Part shown: positions 62,165-64,000 of the stretch, in pieces
How positions within the stretch are numbered: the first letter of the stretch is position 1
Layout of the letters: every line of letters begins with the position of its first letter
Source of the DNA: Hydrolagus colliei
Taxonomy: Eukaryota
Length of the DNA: 64,000 bases
Assembly: GCA_035084275.1 (NCBI GenBank)
Contig: CM068749.1
Location: forward strand, 19,096,001 to 19,160,000
Direction of reading: 5' to 3'
Translations under genes and position numbers: made by a program
The notes under the pieces: model-generated
The model's database searches: none
The model's input: only the letters and a program-made list of their open reading frames with translations
Told to the model about the DNA's origin: nothing

Positions 62165-64000
62165 TGGTGTATTCCTTTCTCACAATGTACACATACAGGA
62201 TGTAATTGTGCATTGTTTTCAAATAGTGCAATTAAAACAATTGTTAAACGTAAGTTGCTTTATTGTATATTTTAATTGGGAATGATGTTTTGACTTGTAG
62301 TAAGTACTGTACTTTTGTTGACATGTTTGTAGCATCCAGCATTTTTTGTTAGGTTGCTGTGTTTAAAAGCATTTCACAATGTTATCAGTATTGCTCTTCT
62401 CGGCACCATTGCTGACTGAGTCTCTAGTTTCCTATACTGCTAATCTCTAGATCTTCCTAACTCCACCCCTCTGTCTAACCTCAACTCTCGCTACCTTTAA
62501 GTCCTTCCTCAATACCTACTTATTTGAACACACCTTTGCCCATCTTTCCCGCCCTCCTTAAAACCAGTTACACTTCATTCTTGTGATCCATCACATTTTT
62601 TTCATTCCTCCATCTCCTCTAAAGATACAAACACTTTAGCTAAGGTGCGGTTCCACAAGCTTTGGCTGCTCTTTCGATGGATAAATAAATAATAATATTA
62701 CTAATCATCCTTGTGTATGGAATGGCGCCTTATCACATCGGTCGATACGTCTCAAAGCGTTTCACAGGATATGCTGTAAAGCCAATTTGTGTATTTTGTG
62801 GGTGTACAAGCCACTATGAACCTCTATTTAAAATAGATTATTGTGAGGGTCTCACTATCCCTGACTGTACTGCTCCTTCTCTTTGCCTGATTACAAGCCT
62901 ATTCTCCCTGTAAACAGTGGCCTGCCTTCTGGACCATTTAAATGCGAGAGAAATAAACATGAGGATATTTGTATGTGCCATGACCGGTTTAAATGAATAA
63001 AGTAATGATTCAATATCGTCCAGTCAAACAAACCTCATGCTCTCTCCTCGGGGTTTTATCACTGTAGTTAGGCTTGATTAAAGCTTTTTTTTACATATAG
63101 TGACAAGTTCCTGTTGTCACTGGAGCTGTCAAAGTGTGTGTGTGTCTATTTATTGCTGCTGGTGCATACAGTTTGGGTGCAGAGCAAAACCCTGGGAGCT
63201 TTGTACTGAAATTATTTCTCAAGATAGAATCTTTGCGAAAGGGATTTAGGTGCTCGTGCGGTATTCAAGTAATATTCCGCACTCGTGGATACAGCTGCTT
63301 CTTCCTCCGGCAAAAGGTAGGTAGGTAGGTAGTTAAAGTTAAACCTCAAGGTAAGGAAAGGCAAATTGCATCTATACGCAGGCAGCAACCTACTGAAGGG
63401 AATTGCTTCCAGCTAAACATTTGGTAATGTGATCTTGGCAGCTGCTTTTAGGAAACTGGCAAATCCAATTGGACCATCAGTTAGTAATACCTCACAGATA
63501 CATGAGGAAATATATTCTAGAGATCTTCCTGGCTGAGACATCCATAAATATTTCAAGGGTCTCCTGCAACAGGGGCCTTGGAAGCGAAGATTCACAAGAT
63601 AGCTGGATCAAAATGTATTTTTGTTCTTGAAAGATGAGACCAATTAGCAACTAGTTCCACCAGTAGGTTTACAAACTGCACAGAGGAGCGGAGTAGATTT
63701 CAGTCTGATACAACAAGTCACCATTGAATAATTAAACAATGCTTCTACATTTTCATCTAGGTACTTGGTTTCATAGGATCGCAGGTTCTGTATAGGTTCT
63801 GGTTCCTGAGTTGCAGAGAAGCTGGAACGCTCAGTTTGTGGGGCAAAATCCAGGACAAAGTTTGGCCTTGAGGTGTTAAGTTACTTTATTTATGGCTCCA
63901 TAACTCCCAACATCACACTGTCTCTGTATGAGGGACGGTATGTACTTCCATGTGTTGACACTCAATGATGCAAACAACCAGAATGAATTTTCCCAAAGAG

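Overview
Vertebrate genomic window, probably a cartilaginous fish such as a holocephalan (inferred from the repeat content, not verified). It carries the conserved syntenic block SLC44A3 (+, last 6-7 coding exons, 5' part outside the window), CNN3 (-, complete, 7 coding exons, 329 aa) and ALG14 (-, complete, 4 coding exons, 222 aa). All listed exons were rebuilt by hand with GT-AG boundaries and consistent phases. Introns and intergenic DNA hold about 14 copies of one tRNA-derived SINE with an L2-type tail, L2 and CR1 LINE fragments, older Deu-domain SINE relics, Tigger-like MITEs, and large C-rich/G-rich tandem arrays around the CNN3 and ALG14 5' ends. The most notable non-genic signal is a minimal type I hammerhead ribozyme motif (Penelope-like repeat) in the sense strand of ALG14 intron 1, with an adjacent 8-bp hairpin that could switch it off, lying between two inverted SINE copies. 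Other leads: a retroposon tail forming an SLC44A3 splice acceptor, a SINE/L2 3' stem-loop with a compensatory change, a possibly chimeric SINE, and a possible cryptic upstream ALG14 exon. Repeat family names come from recalled consensus features, and repeat boundaries are approximate. Most ORFs in the supplied track are spurious.
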